Part shown: positions 11,794 to 33,200 of the stretch, one piece after another
How positions within the stretch are numbered: the stretch's first letter is position 1
Layout of the letters: the number at the start of each line of letters is the position of its first letter
NCBI RefSeq assembly: GCF_000181795.1
Contig: NW_003526943.1
Location: forward strand, 10,923,759 to 10,987,758
DNA length: 64,000 nt
Reading direction: 5' to 3'
From: Trichinella spiralis
Lineage: Eukaryota
Position numbers and translations under genes: made by a program
Notes under the pieces: generated by a model
Told to the model about the DNA's origin: nothing
What the model saw: the letters and a program-made list of their open reading frames with translations, nothing else
The model's database searches: none

Positions 11794-14700
11794 ATGAATA
11801 TGGGTGACTTAAAAGGTAACATAATATAAATAATTTTTTGTTTTAAAATGTAATATTTAGATGAAAGTTTGGATATATTAGTGGATTTGCTTAATACTAA
11901 TATTGATGAAGAATTTGATGACAATCGCTGTTCATTGCCAGATGTGTTATTAACCGAGGATACCGAAAGAAATGAAAACGATATTGATTTGGATAAATTT
12001 TTGCGTATGCTGGCTTTTCAGGTGTTTTAAAATTTGTACAAATTTTAAATTATTTTATTTTAGGTGAACTAGAGAATGAATTGGAATCAGATCCTTTTGA
12101 CATATCATCTGAACTTCAAGGTGGAAATTGCGATGGAAATGAAAATTCGCTTTCTACTTTATCTGAAGATGATTTAAATGGTTTTTGTTGATATTTTAAT
12201 TGAGATTTCAATTTAATTCATTTAATTGATATTTTAGCAAAAGCGCGAGATATTTTTCGAGAATTGCAAAGGCGGAAGCTGCGACGTTTAAATTACTCTG
12301 TCGGTTCAGGTGTGCAGCGAGAAAAAGCAGGTATTTATTTTTTATATCTTATTTGTATATGAATTTGCTTTAAATATAAAATTACTTTTGTTTTTATTGA
12401 CATTTATTTATTTCCATGTATTATTTCAGTGCATTCTGTTCTTTGCGAAAATTTTGATTTCACAAAACCCACCTCTATGAAGGTCAAAAATTCATCAGTT
12501 GTTCATTCTGGTGACACGAGCAGCAGTGAGGATGAAGCTAAACGAGATCCAGAAGCTTGCGGACACAATTGGCTTAGTGATGAAGGTCGATTGATTAAAT
12601 ATCAACTTGCCGAAATGGAATCTTATCAAATGAACCGTCCAAAATCAAAAGGTATAATTATTGCATAATAATAACTTTGACTGATATTGAGAAATCATTT
12701 CTTATTTACAAAATATTTCTCTTTTAAATTGTAGCAGATAATTATAAGTATCAGCCATCAAGCAGTGCGAGTAGAATTTCTTCGAAGTCATCTGTTTTAG
12801 ATCCTTTTTTTGGAATAAAAATCAAGTAATCAAAGATAGTTGTTTGTATGGTGTTTGTTTTCTTAGCAGAAAATGTTATTTCTTTTTTGTTACAGGAATG
12901 CAAAAATGTCATTGGCTACGTTTACTCATATAATAGGAAGTCGTCCTAAATTTCAATTAGTAGCAATAAACAATTCAAAGCGTATTGATTGGTCTAATTG
13001 GGTAACAATGGCGGTGATTGTGGACAAAACTGATCAAAGAAAAAGCAGTCAAGTAATTATATGTTAATATGGTGATTTTTACTTAATAACGCATTTTATA
13101 GGGAAACCTGTATATGATATGGAAACTGTGCGATTTAATTGACTGTCAGCGAATTGTTTCAGCCTTTCTTTTTGGCAGTTGTTTGAAAGATCATTGGAAG
13201 CTTCCAGTTGGTACAGTAGTTGCACTATTCAATGCTAGTCTTTTCAACAGCGATACCTCTGTACAGGCCGTATATTTATTGTCTATGCTTATTGCTTATT
13301 TATTTTCAATCTGTTCAGAAAGATATCACACTGAAGTTGGAAACTGCTGGCAAAGTGCTTGAATTGGGCTATTCCGAAGATTTTGGAATATGTAAAAGCA
13401 AACAAAATAAAACAGGAAATCCATGTAACAATGTTATCAACAAGTATGTTTTATTATCTTTAGAAAATAAGCATATTTAAAATGTTCGCGTTTAGGAAAA
13501 GTTTATTCAATTTTGTTTGACATTTAGATCTAAAAGTGAGTATTGTGATTTTCACGTACTGAATGTAAGCAGACAGTTTACTTCAAAGCGAAGCGAATTT
13601 TACACTCCCAGTGGTCATCCGCGTTTGAAAAAGGACAGCAAATTACTGCCTCCTAAAGATTGTTCTAACCTAAAAAAATCCAAGCCTTCTTCATCAGAAA
13701 GGTTTCATTTTGAAGCATAAATTTTGCTTGTCATAAATCATAAATAAAATATACCTATATACACATATGTCTTTTTTTTGTTTTAGAAAATTAATTGTCG
13801 ACGAATTATCTGCTGCTAAACTTTGTCAAGAGTTGAAAATGCAGAATGCTTTGAACAGCCTGAAGAGTTTACCTTCTACTGTTAAAGCAAAGTCATCTTC
13901 ATATAAGATAATGGAAAAAGATGATGAATTTGCATTACTGAATTTGTTGAAAAAGCACGAAATAGTTGATCAAACGGTTTCGGTGATTCACGACGAAAAT
14001 AAGCTGCCATTGAAAGCAGCAAATGCTTCTGAAAAAAACAAATGGAAATTGAGTTGTAAAGAATTTTTGAAAGCTTACGAACCGACGACGGTGAAGGCTC
14101 CTGTTCCATTGCCAAAAATTGGTAAAGGTACCACCAGCAGTGGTTGCATAAATTTGGAAGATGCCAAAATGAAACTGACCAAAGTGATCCAACATGATTA
14201 TTATTATTATTATTATTATATTTTGCTCATAATTTTTTTTTTAATTTTAGCAAAAAGCAATAGAAATTGTACGATCGGCTGGAGGAATTAAAAAGCAAGA
14301 TCCAAATCGTCCAACTTCAGGTTATTGCATTTTGGAAAAACGTTCAGCTGAAACAACTGCCAACATTAGTGAGATATTGATTTTGTTGCTTTTTTATTTT
14401 TTTATATTTAATATTTTTCTAGAGGATAATGCAACTGTTAGCAAACGTTCACGTCTTGGTGAGAAGAATTTTACAATCGACGAAATGCGTCAATTGTTGA
14501 AGCAAAAGTCCAGATTTGAAAATGAACTGCGCAATGTTAGTGCAAAATTGTTATTATTACTATTGTATGAATATATTAATGTTGAAAATATTTAGGATGA
14601 AGCTGAAAAAGAAGCAAAATATTTTGAAATTATGGAAGTGAAAGAAAAATTTGATCGACATGCTGAACAAGTATTCGAGCTGAAAAATTGTCAAGTAGTT

Positions 14701-15118
14701 TCTTGTAAAACGGTGAGTAATATGTGCCATGCTTATTATTATTATTATAAAAAGTCAAAATAGAACTAAGAATAATTATTATTAAAATTTCAGTGTAACT
14801 ATACTTGGCATTCTCAGTCTGATTTGTGCAAAAGTCAACGGCATGAGATTTTGAGGCATACTGCAACGAAACGCTTCTTTCGATGTTTAAATTGCAAAAA
14901 GCGTACAATTTCTTATTCTCTTTATCCATCTCGTCCATGCCATCAGTGCAGGTCGAGAAATTTTGAACGAGTTGCAATGAAGCAGGTGATTTTTTTACTA
15001 AATATTTTTTTTGCTATGTATATATATATTTTTTTTAATTTAGGAAAGAAGAGGTCCAAAATTACCGGCTGAAGAACTTAAAATTCGTGGAGAAGAGCTT
15101 CCTTTTGTAAATAGTTAA
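11794..15118 (+). CDS. MCM10: MCM10 replication initiation factor (multi-exon)
   Basis: OB fold NWVTMAVIVDK..KSSQG..YMIWKLCDL, FLFG...HWKLPVGTVVALFN; zinc finger LELGYSEDFGICK...C...YCDFHV; C-terminal CKTCNYT..C....H...KRFFRCLNC..RT....PC.QC...FERVAM..E.LKIRGEE. Many short GT-AG introns. Confidence 0.92.
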
Positions 15119-17478
15119 AAGTGAATAAACTCATCTAAGATAATATCGCTCGTTATTATAATTATTGATCACATGAATTGGTTGTTCAATGAAATGATGC
15201 ATGTTTCCTAAAGATTGTCGTTATTATTTTTCAATATGAAATTGTAGAAATGCATTTTTATATGAGCTTATTTATTTTGCGGAAATCAAAAGTTTCAATT
15301 TTTGTTTTGTTTTATTCAAAATTATCTTATTACGACAACAGTGATTTTATTTACAAAAAATAATTTTTTCAACTGAGCTAAGATAGTACAATTTGCATTA
15401 AAAACTGGCGATATATCGTCTTCTGGTTGGCTATATTTTGCGATATTTCTTGTACAGTGTTGAATGGTTTGAATATTGTTTTGTAAAACTGAAATATTCA
15501 GTTTATCTCTCATTGTAATTCACTGTACATATGAAATTTTAATTTATGTATGCATGTTGCACCATTTGGATCATTTTTTAAATATTGCTTTTACAGCTGA
15601 TTTTGTACGACGTTCAGAGTTAATCAGTAATACGTTATGGACAATTTTATGACAAAATCCATCCTTCTATTGCACAAGGACATCAATAATTGCTTTGTCA
15701 TTGATCACATCCATGCTAGGAGAAAGAGACAAAAAGAGGAAATTTTTGCTATTCCACAGGTCAGAGTAACCTTGTTCATTGAAGCTCTCTGTTTATCAAA
15801 CAGAAAGAGCGGATATATTTTGTTTACATAGAGATTTATAATTCGATACTGACAACTCTTCATACTGTATATATATTTTTTAATATTGAATTTTATTGTT
15901 TTTTCTATTTACGAAAGATAATTACAAATAAACGGAAATATAATGCTCAATTAATTGAAAAAATTTTATTTTATTGTGAAAATCCAAAAGACATTTATTC
16001 ATCTGAAAATAATTGGTCTTTGCAATGAAGTTTGTTGATATGTAGAAGAAAAATGCAAAGTAGTGAATGCACTTTTTGCATTTTCACTTCTTCATGTTAA
16101 TTTTTGTCATTTTGAAATGAAATTACTAGCTTATAAAAAAGTGAACTGGAATATTTTCTATGCAGAGCAATTTTCCATAGCTGGAAATCAAATGATACAA
16201 AACTCAATTTACAATGGAAACGAATTTTCTTCTCCTTCTTTCTACAGTATTTTTCTCAAAGTTAAGAGTAAATAGATAATTGCATTTTTTTTGCCTTTTT
16301 ATTCACATGTTGTTGTGCTGATTGATAGCTGTGAGAAGAATTTGATTGGGTCGAACGGTATTGTGTATATGGATGGAAAACGAGGATCAGAGAAATTGCA
16401 AAAAATGCAAATTGAATATTTCTTATCGTCTGCATCGGGCAATTATGTCCATCAAAGAGGGCAATTATGTTCCTTCGGCTTCAGACTGCAGTGCTATCCC
16501 ATTTGTGTGACATTTTATTGTCAAGCTCTTTTTGTGCTGCTCACCACAGTCCAATAGCAAGCAGATGCGCTGCACATTGGCAGTTTTGCAACTGGCAATA
16601 AAATAATAAAAAAGTCTGAGAAACTCTAGCTATAACTGAATGCATGCTAATCAAATAGAAATAGGCACATTATCCAGACTAAATATATTGAATTTTATTT
16701 TTAAAAAAGCAAAAGCTGCAAAACTGTATTTTAATTCTTTCACTTTCAACAACATCAGCGTAAGTGAATTTAAATAAATCACACAAATGATATATTTTAT
16801 TAGAAAATATGTTTCAAAAAACAAGATTTAATAACCGCTAATTAAAAATATTATTTATACTGCACTAAAAACGATTATTTATTCGAATAATTTTTGTGTA
16901 GCAAAAATATTTCATAAAAAAACAACATTTCTTTTTTTCTTAAATTTCCAAATTCTGATAACAATGATGAATGAGTTCAATGCACTCAATCAGAGATGTT
17001 CAGATTGTTTTTCATATATATATATATAAGTTGCTTACTTTGTATTGTTTGCCACTATATCTTTGTGCATTAATTTTGCAAAATGCATGCAAAAATTATA
17101 TATTACAATTGTTTTGCTGTTTTGTGGAAAAATAAAAACGATAAATTGAATTTAAAGTTGTACTGGTGATGATGAAATTTTAACAGACGACCTGTGCTAA
17201 TAAGTTATAAGCGGCAAGGTCGATGATGAAATGAAATTTCCTGTCCCTTTTGACCTCTGCTGAGCCAGGAAAAACGTGGTGGCTCTTTGCATGATTGCTT
17301 TATTCCACCAGTTCACCTTGAATTTATTGCACTTCTGTATTTAAACAAAGTCCCACGACGATGTGTAATTTTTCACAACATTCAGTCTGCTGACAAGAGA
17401 ATATTTTTCACTTTTAGAAACCGCTGCTTTCATTTCACCGAAGAAGGTGTTGCACAACATACAAGCACTGCCAGCTTT

Positions 17479-24488
<7,010 letters not shown>

Positions 24489-24861
24489 AACCATTATTCA
24501 TTTCTTGAAAATATGCCAGAAAGAAAAATGGAAACATAATTCAATCAATATACTATCAAATTAAATTAATTAATTACGCACAAAATTAATTTATTTTATT
24601 ACAACAGATTTAAAATGTTATCCAATCTAATGTTGCAAAAAGGAAAACTTTACAAATATATTTTCTTATAGAATTCTGCATTTTATTCCATTCCTGGATA
24701 TCAACATGGCCGTTATTGAAAAGTGAGCAAGTTTAACAAAATCCAATCAGCATAGTATTGTGTGATTTGATCACTTCAAAGTAGATGTCATAGAATTTCA
24801 ATCACAGTTTTTGAACAACAAACGTAGTAGTTTGTACGTATGAAATGTTGCTGCACTTATT

Positions 24862-26999
24862 TCAGTTTCTCCAGCTGTGAAACAAAAAATTTATACTATT
24901 AATTGTTATAAATAAAATATTGTACAATTGTAAAATGAAATTTACATTTTCAACACTTTATCCTTCCCTCCGCTGACAACACGATCGCCCCTCGGACTCC
25001 AATCCACGGCGTAAACCTAAAAATAAAATAAATCCAATCTGTACATTGTAAGTAATACAGAAAAATGAACTGGGAAATAAAATAAACCGCATCGGCATGG
25101 CCGGGCAGATCGACAATCAACTTTCGAGCACTGATATCCCAAAGTTTCAGCGTAGAATCAGCAGAACCGCTGACCAGCAGTCGACTGTCAGAAGACCATG
25201 AAATTTGAAAAACTGATTGCACATGGCCTCTCAAAGTGTGCAAAAATCTTAAAATGTCAAATTCAAAATAGAAACTTTTTCTAATAATAGATTTCCAAAT
25301 AATACATAAATATGAATAATATATGACTTAAAAAATAAGATCACTGAAAACAAAACAGCTTACTTGCCAGTTTTACCACACCAGATTTTAATCGAATGGT
25401 CAAAAGATGCGGACGCGATAATTCGGCCGTCCGGACTGAACAGTACTTGATTAATTAATTGTTGGTGACCTGTCATTCTTGCTAAAGGCTTCTTGCTCGT
25501 TGATGGCGACCAGAGAAACAAAGTAAAGTCATCCGAACCAGAAACCAACATCTCCGGTTCATTTCGCTAGAAGATACTAATTGTAACAGTGGGGAGTTTC
25601 AAATTACACGAAAATAATGTACTGTAAATTTTTTATAACGATTCAAAGCGATATTTTTCAATTCCTGAGGATCAGTAACAGGCAAAGTGGTTCCATCATT
25701 TCGAGAATCCTTCGGATCAAAAGCGCCGGTTCGCAGTACGTAATCAGTGTTCAACGCAATCGTATTCACCCAATGTCCATGGCCTTGAAAGGTGCGACAA
25801 AGAATGCCCTGAAATGCAAATTCAACTATAAATTTAATCAAATTCAAAAACACAGTCACCGCACTTTATCAACTCTCCACATTTTCAAAGTGCGATCCTG
25901 AGAGGCTGAATAAATCAACCCCTCACCTCCCCAACGAATGCACGACACTGAAGCCGTATGGCCACTGAGCACACGCAACGTTTGATTCAAAACCACATCC
26001 CAAATTCGGATGTCGTGATCTTTCGACGAACTTGCCAACAAACGTGCCGTTCCTTGTCTACATACAACGCACCAACATGCAAAATACAAATTAGGCAAAA
26101 TATACAAAGCGAAAGAAAAATAACTTCTTTTTTCACTCACTGATGCAGCGGTTCCCAACAGAGGCAGGTGATCCACAATTTGTGACCTACCAAAGTTTTT
26201 CCAATTTGCTTGCCAGTCTCCGGATCCCAAATACATATTTTGCCTTCTTTGCAACCAGATGCTAATCGCTGGCCATCCGGAGACCAAGACAAGCATAGTA
26301 CCCAATCCGTATGGCCTAGAAAGACAAACAAAAAATATAACTGATGTATATTTTTTTTCAATCCAAAATTGAACATGCCACTGCAAGTGAACTGCGGCAA
26401 TTCAGTATTCAAATCCCAAAATCGCACTGTTCTATCGCCTGATCCGCTTGCCATATATCTACGACGCGCAAATAATGACTGTTCCAATTGTTCAAAACAA
26501 AATTATCCGTTTCCTTAATTATTAAAACTTTAAGAAAATACCTTCCGTCGTGACTGAACAAAGCAGATATGACCGTTTCAGCGTGGCCGGGTAGAGAACT
26601 TGTACATCTGGTAACAGTTTGCACTTTGTAAATCGCGTGAGCTTGGTAGCGTATCAATAACACTTGTTCCATGTTGATCTTATTCATGTCGATCGTTTCT
26701 TCAAGCGAACTCTCTATTTCAAGATCATGTACAAAGAAGGAATATTTCAACGGTTCTTCATTCTTAAAAAACAAACAAACAAAAAGTAAGCGATAAACAA
26801 TAAACAGAAATGACTTGTGCTTGTGAAATGGGAAAATAATATTTTGCATGAATAAAATAAATACCTTTCGAAATTCCATATTGCACACAGTTTCCAGCTG
26901 CTCGGCCGTAATGTTGAATGGCATGTCATAAACAGTACCCACAGGATTGCCTGATTCGTCTTGAAAACGTATTGCCAATCGTCGAACATCCTTCTCCAT
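24862..26999 (-). CDS. NLE1: Notchless homolog 1 (NLE domain plus WD40 repeats)
   Basis: TRCTSSLPGHAE, ASGSGDRTVRFWDL.TELP, GHGHWVNTIAL.TDYVLRTGAF, LVSGSDDFTLFLW, RMTGHQQLINQV, DLPGHAD.V; ends ..KIWRN-stop. Confidence 0.95.
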
Positions 27000-27241
27000 T
27001 TTCAACAATTAACTAAGCGGTAAAAAACAGAAATACATTTTCAAAATTATTATTCATAAGTGAATAATAGAACTAAAAATAGTGCTTTCATCAAAGAAAA
27101 GAAATTCATCGAAAACAACGACATCAATTACAGAAAGCAATTTTGTTGTGTAAAGTTTTATTTCGCTAAAAACAAAAAATGATTAAAATAAAATTTTCAT
27201 TTCATATCACATAAAAAAGCAACATTATCAACAAAAAAATT

Positions 27242-30200
27242 TCAAAGTCCGCCTTTGCTGTGCACGAGATAATGGTAACAAGCTTGCAAGGTTGCAAACA
27301 TGTATTGCATTTCGCCGACGTTGCACAACTGCGGACAAAAGTCTTGCACAAAATTTATCTCTGCCCCGAGGCGTTGAATCTGGGCGCGCACAATAACGTA
27401 TGTAGTGACCGGCACCAAACTGTCCGCTGTCCAAGCAGCCAACTCTTGTTCAACACAGGCTCCCTGCGATACACACTGCAACAATGGGCAATGGTCATTT
27501 TTCAACTTGATTAAGCTTGATCAAATCAATCAATCAATCAAAACTGAATACCTTGTTGATGTGTTCGAATGTTTCGACAATTATTTTCAACTTTGCCGAA
27601 GGAAAAAATTCTGAGCTACAATGAACAAATAGACAATTTTTGACCACCATGAAAATGCCAAAAAATTACTGTCATATACCTCAACCTTTGGAAACAATCT
27701 ATCGCATCGGCGTAGTACTTCTTTCGAGCTGTCGCGCATGCCTAATAAACAAAAAAATTTCCACAAGTAATTCATCTGTGGTTCTCGATTGAACAAAGCA
27801 TCATTTCCATTATCGATTCATAATATATGATCAGAAAGCTTTGAAAATAAAATACAATCAATTACCAATGGTTTATCCAAGTCTGATGTATCGGTAAAAA
27901 TGACTGGCCAAAATTGTCTACAAATGATACATATAAAACAGTGAAGCGCAACAAGCAGAACAACAAAACGCATAATAATACTTTTCCACGCCCAAATGAT
28001 CCAGTAGCATCACATCACTTTTGGAATTCACATAGCGAATGTTCATCCAATATACACGATCCAGTTCTTCGTTCTTTATCACAAACAGGGTAAAAATATT
28101 CGGATATACAAGTTCCAAATAACTGTCATAAAGAAATGTATTGTACGTAGTCAAACACCTGAAATAAAAAAAATGAACATAACTGTATGCATATGTATAA
28201 ATATATGTAATAACTGAATTATTACCACGAAGAAAGTGGTAAGTCGAAATTGAACTCTGAAACAAAGCTTTCCATATCTTGTTCACCGGGCAAGTGAGGG
28301 AAAAGCACTCTGCATAGAAAGAGTTGTTCATATGGTTGAAAAATTTGGTAAGAAAAATATAATTTCAATTCAAACTTTATGACAAAATAAAGTCGCTTCA
28401 AAAGTGAATGAATCTCTTCAATTGCTTCAACAAGCAACGAACTGTGCACACTGACACCGGAATAGCTAACGTTGAATATATCGCTCAAACCGTTGATCAA
28501 CCGTCCAAGAGGATGATATTGCAGTTGAAATGCCTGAACAAAATACAACATTCAGAACAATAAAATAAATTATACAGCTATTGCACACAAAATAATCAAC
28601 CTGAAAGCAATAATTTTTCACCATGTAATAATATTGTTCACCGCATGGCATGCTGTAGTTTGGTATTTTTTCGATAAAATCGGCTGTGCTGAAATACAAT
28701 TGAACATCCACGATGAAGATTGGCAAAAAAAATTTACAAGCAACAAAAAGCAACTGCACTTTGTACTACTACTAGTAGTCTGCAGTTTTTGCGTGGGGAA
28801 ATATTTTCGAAATCGTTCGCAAACCACAACCAACGATTGCCAACATTTATCCGTATCTGCTGTAAGCAAAGTATTTTCTGCACAATTCAGCTGATGATAG
28901 ACATGCGCAAAAATATCATTCCACTTTTGTTCAGCAGGTGGAAAACCACTATTTTCAAAATCATGGACATTATTTTGCCTGTATAAAAGGAAATTTCAAA
29001 TTTCAATCCAACAACGCTTATCAAATCGATTTACTTGTCTTTTTCAGATTTGATTCCGTCTGACGAGCAGCAACCATTTTTGTAAAAGTTTCCGCTGGAA
29101 ATTTTCAACTGCTCTTGCAATCTACCCGAAAGAAAACCTTCCAAATAGTCGCCATTTGGAAAATAAATTGACGCCTAAAATGAACAAAAATAAAAGTATC
29201 CACAATGCACAAATGAAATAGAAGAAGAATCTTACTTTCCCATTCAAACATTCCACATCGCTGAATTCTCCCTTCGCCATTGTGCCGTCCGTGAGCAGCA
29301 TCATACCGTTCTTAAAAATACAACAACAAGCTGATAAACAGCAACAGCCGAAATGTCATTCTACTTTGAAGGCTCCTTTTTCAAATACACCTTTATAACA
29401 TATTCCATCCAAGGTAACCAGTGTACCGAGTCCATGTTTCAAATCATTTTCCCACATGCCGAGATATTTGCTGCCTTAAAAAATCTCTTATTTTTGAAAA
29501 CCAAGAAAACGTCCCATAATTTTCATATGATCAGAGCTAGTGGATGGAGAATCATAAATCACTTACGACATTCGTCAGAGACGCCGTACCCTTGCCTTTT
29601 GTCATTCTGCCAAGCTCCGACGTAAAGGACGCTTCCTTGCCTATGGACGCCGTGACCATGACGAACGTTATTTTCAAAATAGCCCTCATATGACGACCCA
29701 TCTGAATATCTGATGAAAAATAAAATTTAAAAAAACAGCAACTAAAACGAAACAAAATTCACCAATTAAGTAGAAAGCGGAATTCAAGGCGTAATAATAA
29801 ATTTAAATTGGCAAATTCAAAAAAGAACTGTCAATTGTCATTTTAATTTGTAAATTATCAGCTTACATTTACAATTAGAACAACAATAATAAACTAAATT
29901 TCATTTTAAAAATTATCTTATTCAAATAACAACTTGTACAAGATTATTCTATTGTAGATATGTGGTAATTTTTTTTCAACAATAATATAAACGTACTCTA
30001 TGAAAACCAAGCCAGATAAGACACCAGCTCTCCATTGACCTTTGTTGAACTGCCATCTTCCATTTTCGCCGACAATTTTATATTCACCATAGCTGAAATA
30101 TTTAAAAATTTTAAAATAATAAATAATTGCAGTTGGTGAGAAAGAAGAAATTCAAATACACCCACCCATCCATGAGACCATCGCGAAAATGCCCCCCATA

Positions 30201-33200
30201 TACACAGTTGTTTTTAGTTGTCAAATGTCCACTGAAAAATGAGAAAAAAAAACAAATTAGTAGAAAATATGAATATTATTAGTGTTGAATTTTATGTACT
30301 TTCCGTGTGGCTTGCCGAGTAACCAAGAGCCGCTGTACACAGCGCCTGGGAATGTTTTGTTTTGGGCAGAAAATTGGTGAGTGCCGCTGCGTATCAACGG
30401 CGGTCTGCACAACAGTGGCGTTTCGCTGCAAGGTTTGCTCAGATACAACAATAACGCATTGTTGAATGCTATCACAAATTCTTTCTGAAATAATCAAATC
30501 GAATAAAACCATAAACATATGTAAAAATTCGTTTGAAAACTACCGTTCCAGACGGATCACGAAATTTGATCATCAACTCTCCTTCTGGAACAATTACTTT
30601 TACCAACAGGCTGCAAACAAATAATAATAACAATAAAAAATAATAATAATGCAAATTAATACTTTGCATCGTCTTGTACATTATGCGTCCAAACCAACGG
30701 AAATTTATAATTTTTAAAAGATGATTTCTAAACAAACAAATAAGCAATTTTGAAAACAGAGAACTTGATCATCAATCAATTACAACAGTACTGTAACAAC
30801 AAGAAACGAGCCGCTGAAAATAGCCAGCAGATAGCAGTGAACAGTGCGTCCATTTTCTGTGACGTCGACAAATTCATTCGGCTCTTGGCCACGTTGAAAT
30901 TCTTTGACCAAAAATTGCGCTTTTTCATTCATCTCAGCCTATATGAAAAAAATTAAAAAAAACAAATAAACTACAGTAACATATTCTCCAAAAATAAGAA
31001 TTGTAACTTCACACAAGAAATGATGAATGCGCATGTTTCAGGCGAAATTTCCGCGTGTCCGACGCAATATTTTTGTAAAAGCGAAACACTCGGTCGACGC
31101 TTTTCAACATTTTCAACATATTCTTCGTAAATTTATCATCACCGTTGAACTGAAAATGATAAAAATTGCAAATACGTTGCATCCGCGTATAGATATGGTA
31201 AAATTATTCTTTTTAAAAAAAAACTATAAAAAGATTTTTCATTTTCAAGTGTTGGAAAATTAATAATTATTAAATTATTATAATGAAAGAATTTTTTTTT
31301 TTGAAAACAATATATCACCTGAGCAATGATCAAGTGCAAATCGCTGAACACTGTGAACGGCAGAAAGAAAACGTCTTGCAGAAGGCGACTCTGTTTGTGA
31401 TGCTCTACCGAGTTCAATTCGCAGAGGTATCGCAATTTCTTTTCCACACTTTCGCTAGAGCAAAACACAGCAAACAAAAAATCTCATCGAATTCACAGAT
31501 TTAAATTTAAATTTAAATTTAAAAAATTGTACTTCAATTTCAATAAAGAGAATGCATCGCCGGACAGTAGGATCAGATAGTCGGCGTTGAGTTGTTTCAG
31601 AAAATTTTGAAACCGCGAGTCGAGCAAAATTTCCAAACTCTTTTCAACGGTCGCTTTCACATCCAACACGAACAAATATTGCTTTATTGACTGAGATTTA
31701 TTTGCCAATATTAAATGATATCTCCTCAAACCAGTAGCAAAACGTCGAAACAACGATTCATCAAAACGATCTACAAATGTACCTATGAAAAAAAATATTC
31801 ATTGCTATCAATAATCTAAATTTTCATATTTTTGCAAAAAGAAAACAATACATCTATTTTTCTCACTTTCTTCTCTAATTTCGTTGATCAAATCGACCAG
31901 TTGTTTCAAAATTTGAACATGTCGAATCAGGATAAATTGAATTTGATAAAATACATTGCACAAAGCTGCATCCGTATCTTCCAAACACCCGCAAATTATA
32001 TAATCGTCAGAGCACATCAGCGATGCTGGCCAGCACGTCTACACGAAGCATAACTTTCACTGAAGTCTACAAATACAGTCTAGCTAGCTAGCTAGCTAGC
32101 GACGGACAAACCTCTGGAAAGTAAAGCCGTAGTACAGGCGTTCCGTCTTTATCTGATCTGCAATTTAAAACGTGAATAATTTTAAATTTCCAAGCATGTT
32201 TTCAACTTAAATTGTACAAATATGACATTTCAACTGTTATATTTGATTTATTTTAATTTCACAACATTTAAAAACTAAATAAATAAATCCTTTATCATAA
32301 AAAAAACAAGCAGAAATAAAAATTATTTTACCTGTCATATCCGCATATGTAGCATTCGGGACGATAATCAATGCCGTTGATGAGAAATGCGGAAAACTTT
32401 TCCCCGGCAGCTATGTCGATCACTTTAGCACAGCTTCCTGCCTATAAAATGTCGTTAATTTATTATTATTCTTCATTTATACTGAAAATTGCAATTAACA
32501 ATTTATTAAACCTTAAACAACATCGGCACTGCAACACGCCTCTGATCAGCTACTTTGATCTGCCTGTTTTCATTCGAGCCCCAAACAAATACCTATAAAA
32601 TTCGATTCATCATTAACATTTGACAAAATTTCTCTGATCAAAAAAATAAAATATTTTATTTTTACCTCACCACTCGAGGACATTGCAATTGAATGTTCTG
32701 CACCAGCAGCTATCTTGACTATACCAAAGGCACTGGACCCACTGATTCTAGTCGGTTCACATCTAACAGTAACAATAATAATTATTATTAATTTATAAAT
32801 AATAAATGTATAATAAAAACAAACCTCGGTTCAAAATCATTCAAACCAAGTTGGCCAAATTCATTTCCGCCCCAAGTCCAGAGTTCTGCTAGGCAAATAT
32901 TGCCAGCCAAATTGGACGAGCCGGGTATGATGGATTGCCCTGAAACGCATCCAGCCAGTGCGTTTGAATCGTCCAATGAGATCGTCTGCTCGGACAAGGA
33001 TGAAGAAGAACTTGACGACGGCATGATCAAATCGAACGATATGAAGGACAATCGACTGCTGCTAGCTTGATGCTGCTGCTTGCTACGGGGAAGCTCGTAC
33101 AATTCCACCTCGTCCCCTCTGCAGTGGGCATCACTGTAAAGCTTCCGCTGACGTGCCTGAGGCTTTGATCGAGGCTTGCATTCAGGTCGAGGTTCTAAAA

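Noticed and set aside
15120..17280. Short ORFs in the MCM10/DEX-1-like intergenic region
   Set aside because: AT-rich with no motifs or coherent exon chain.
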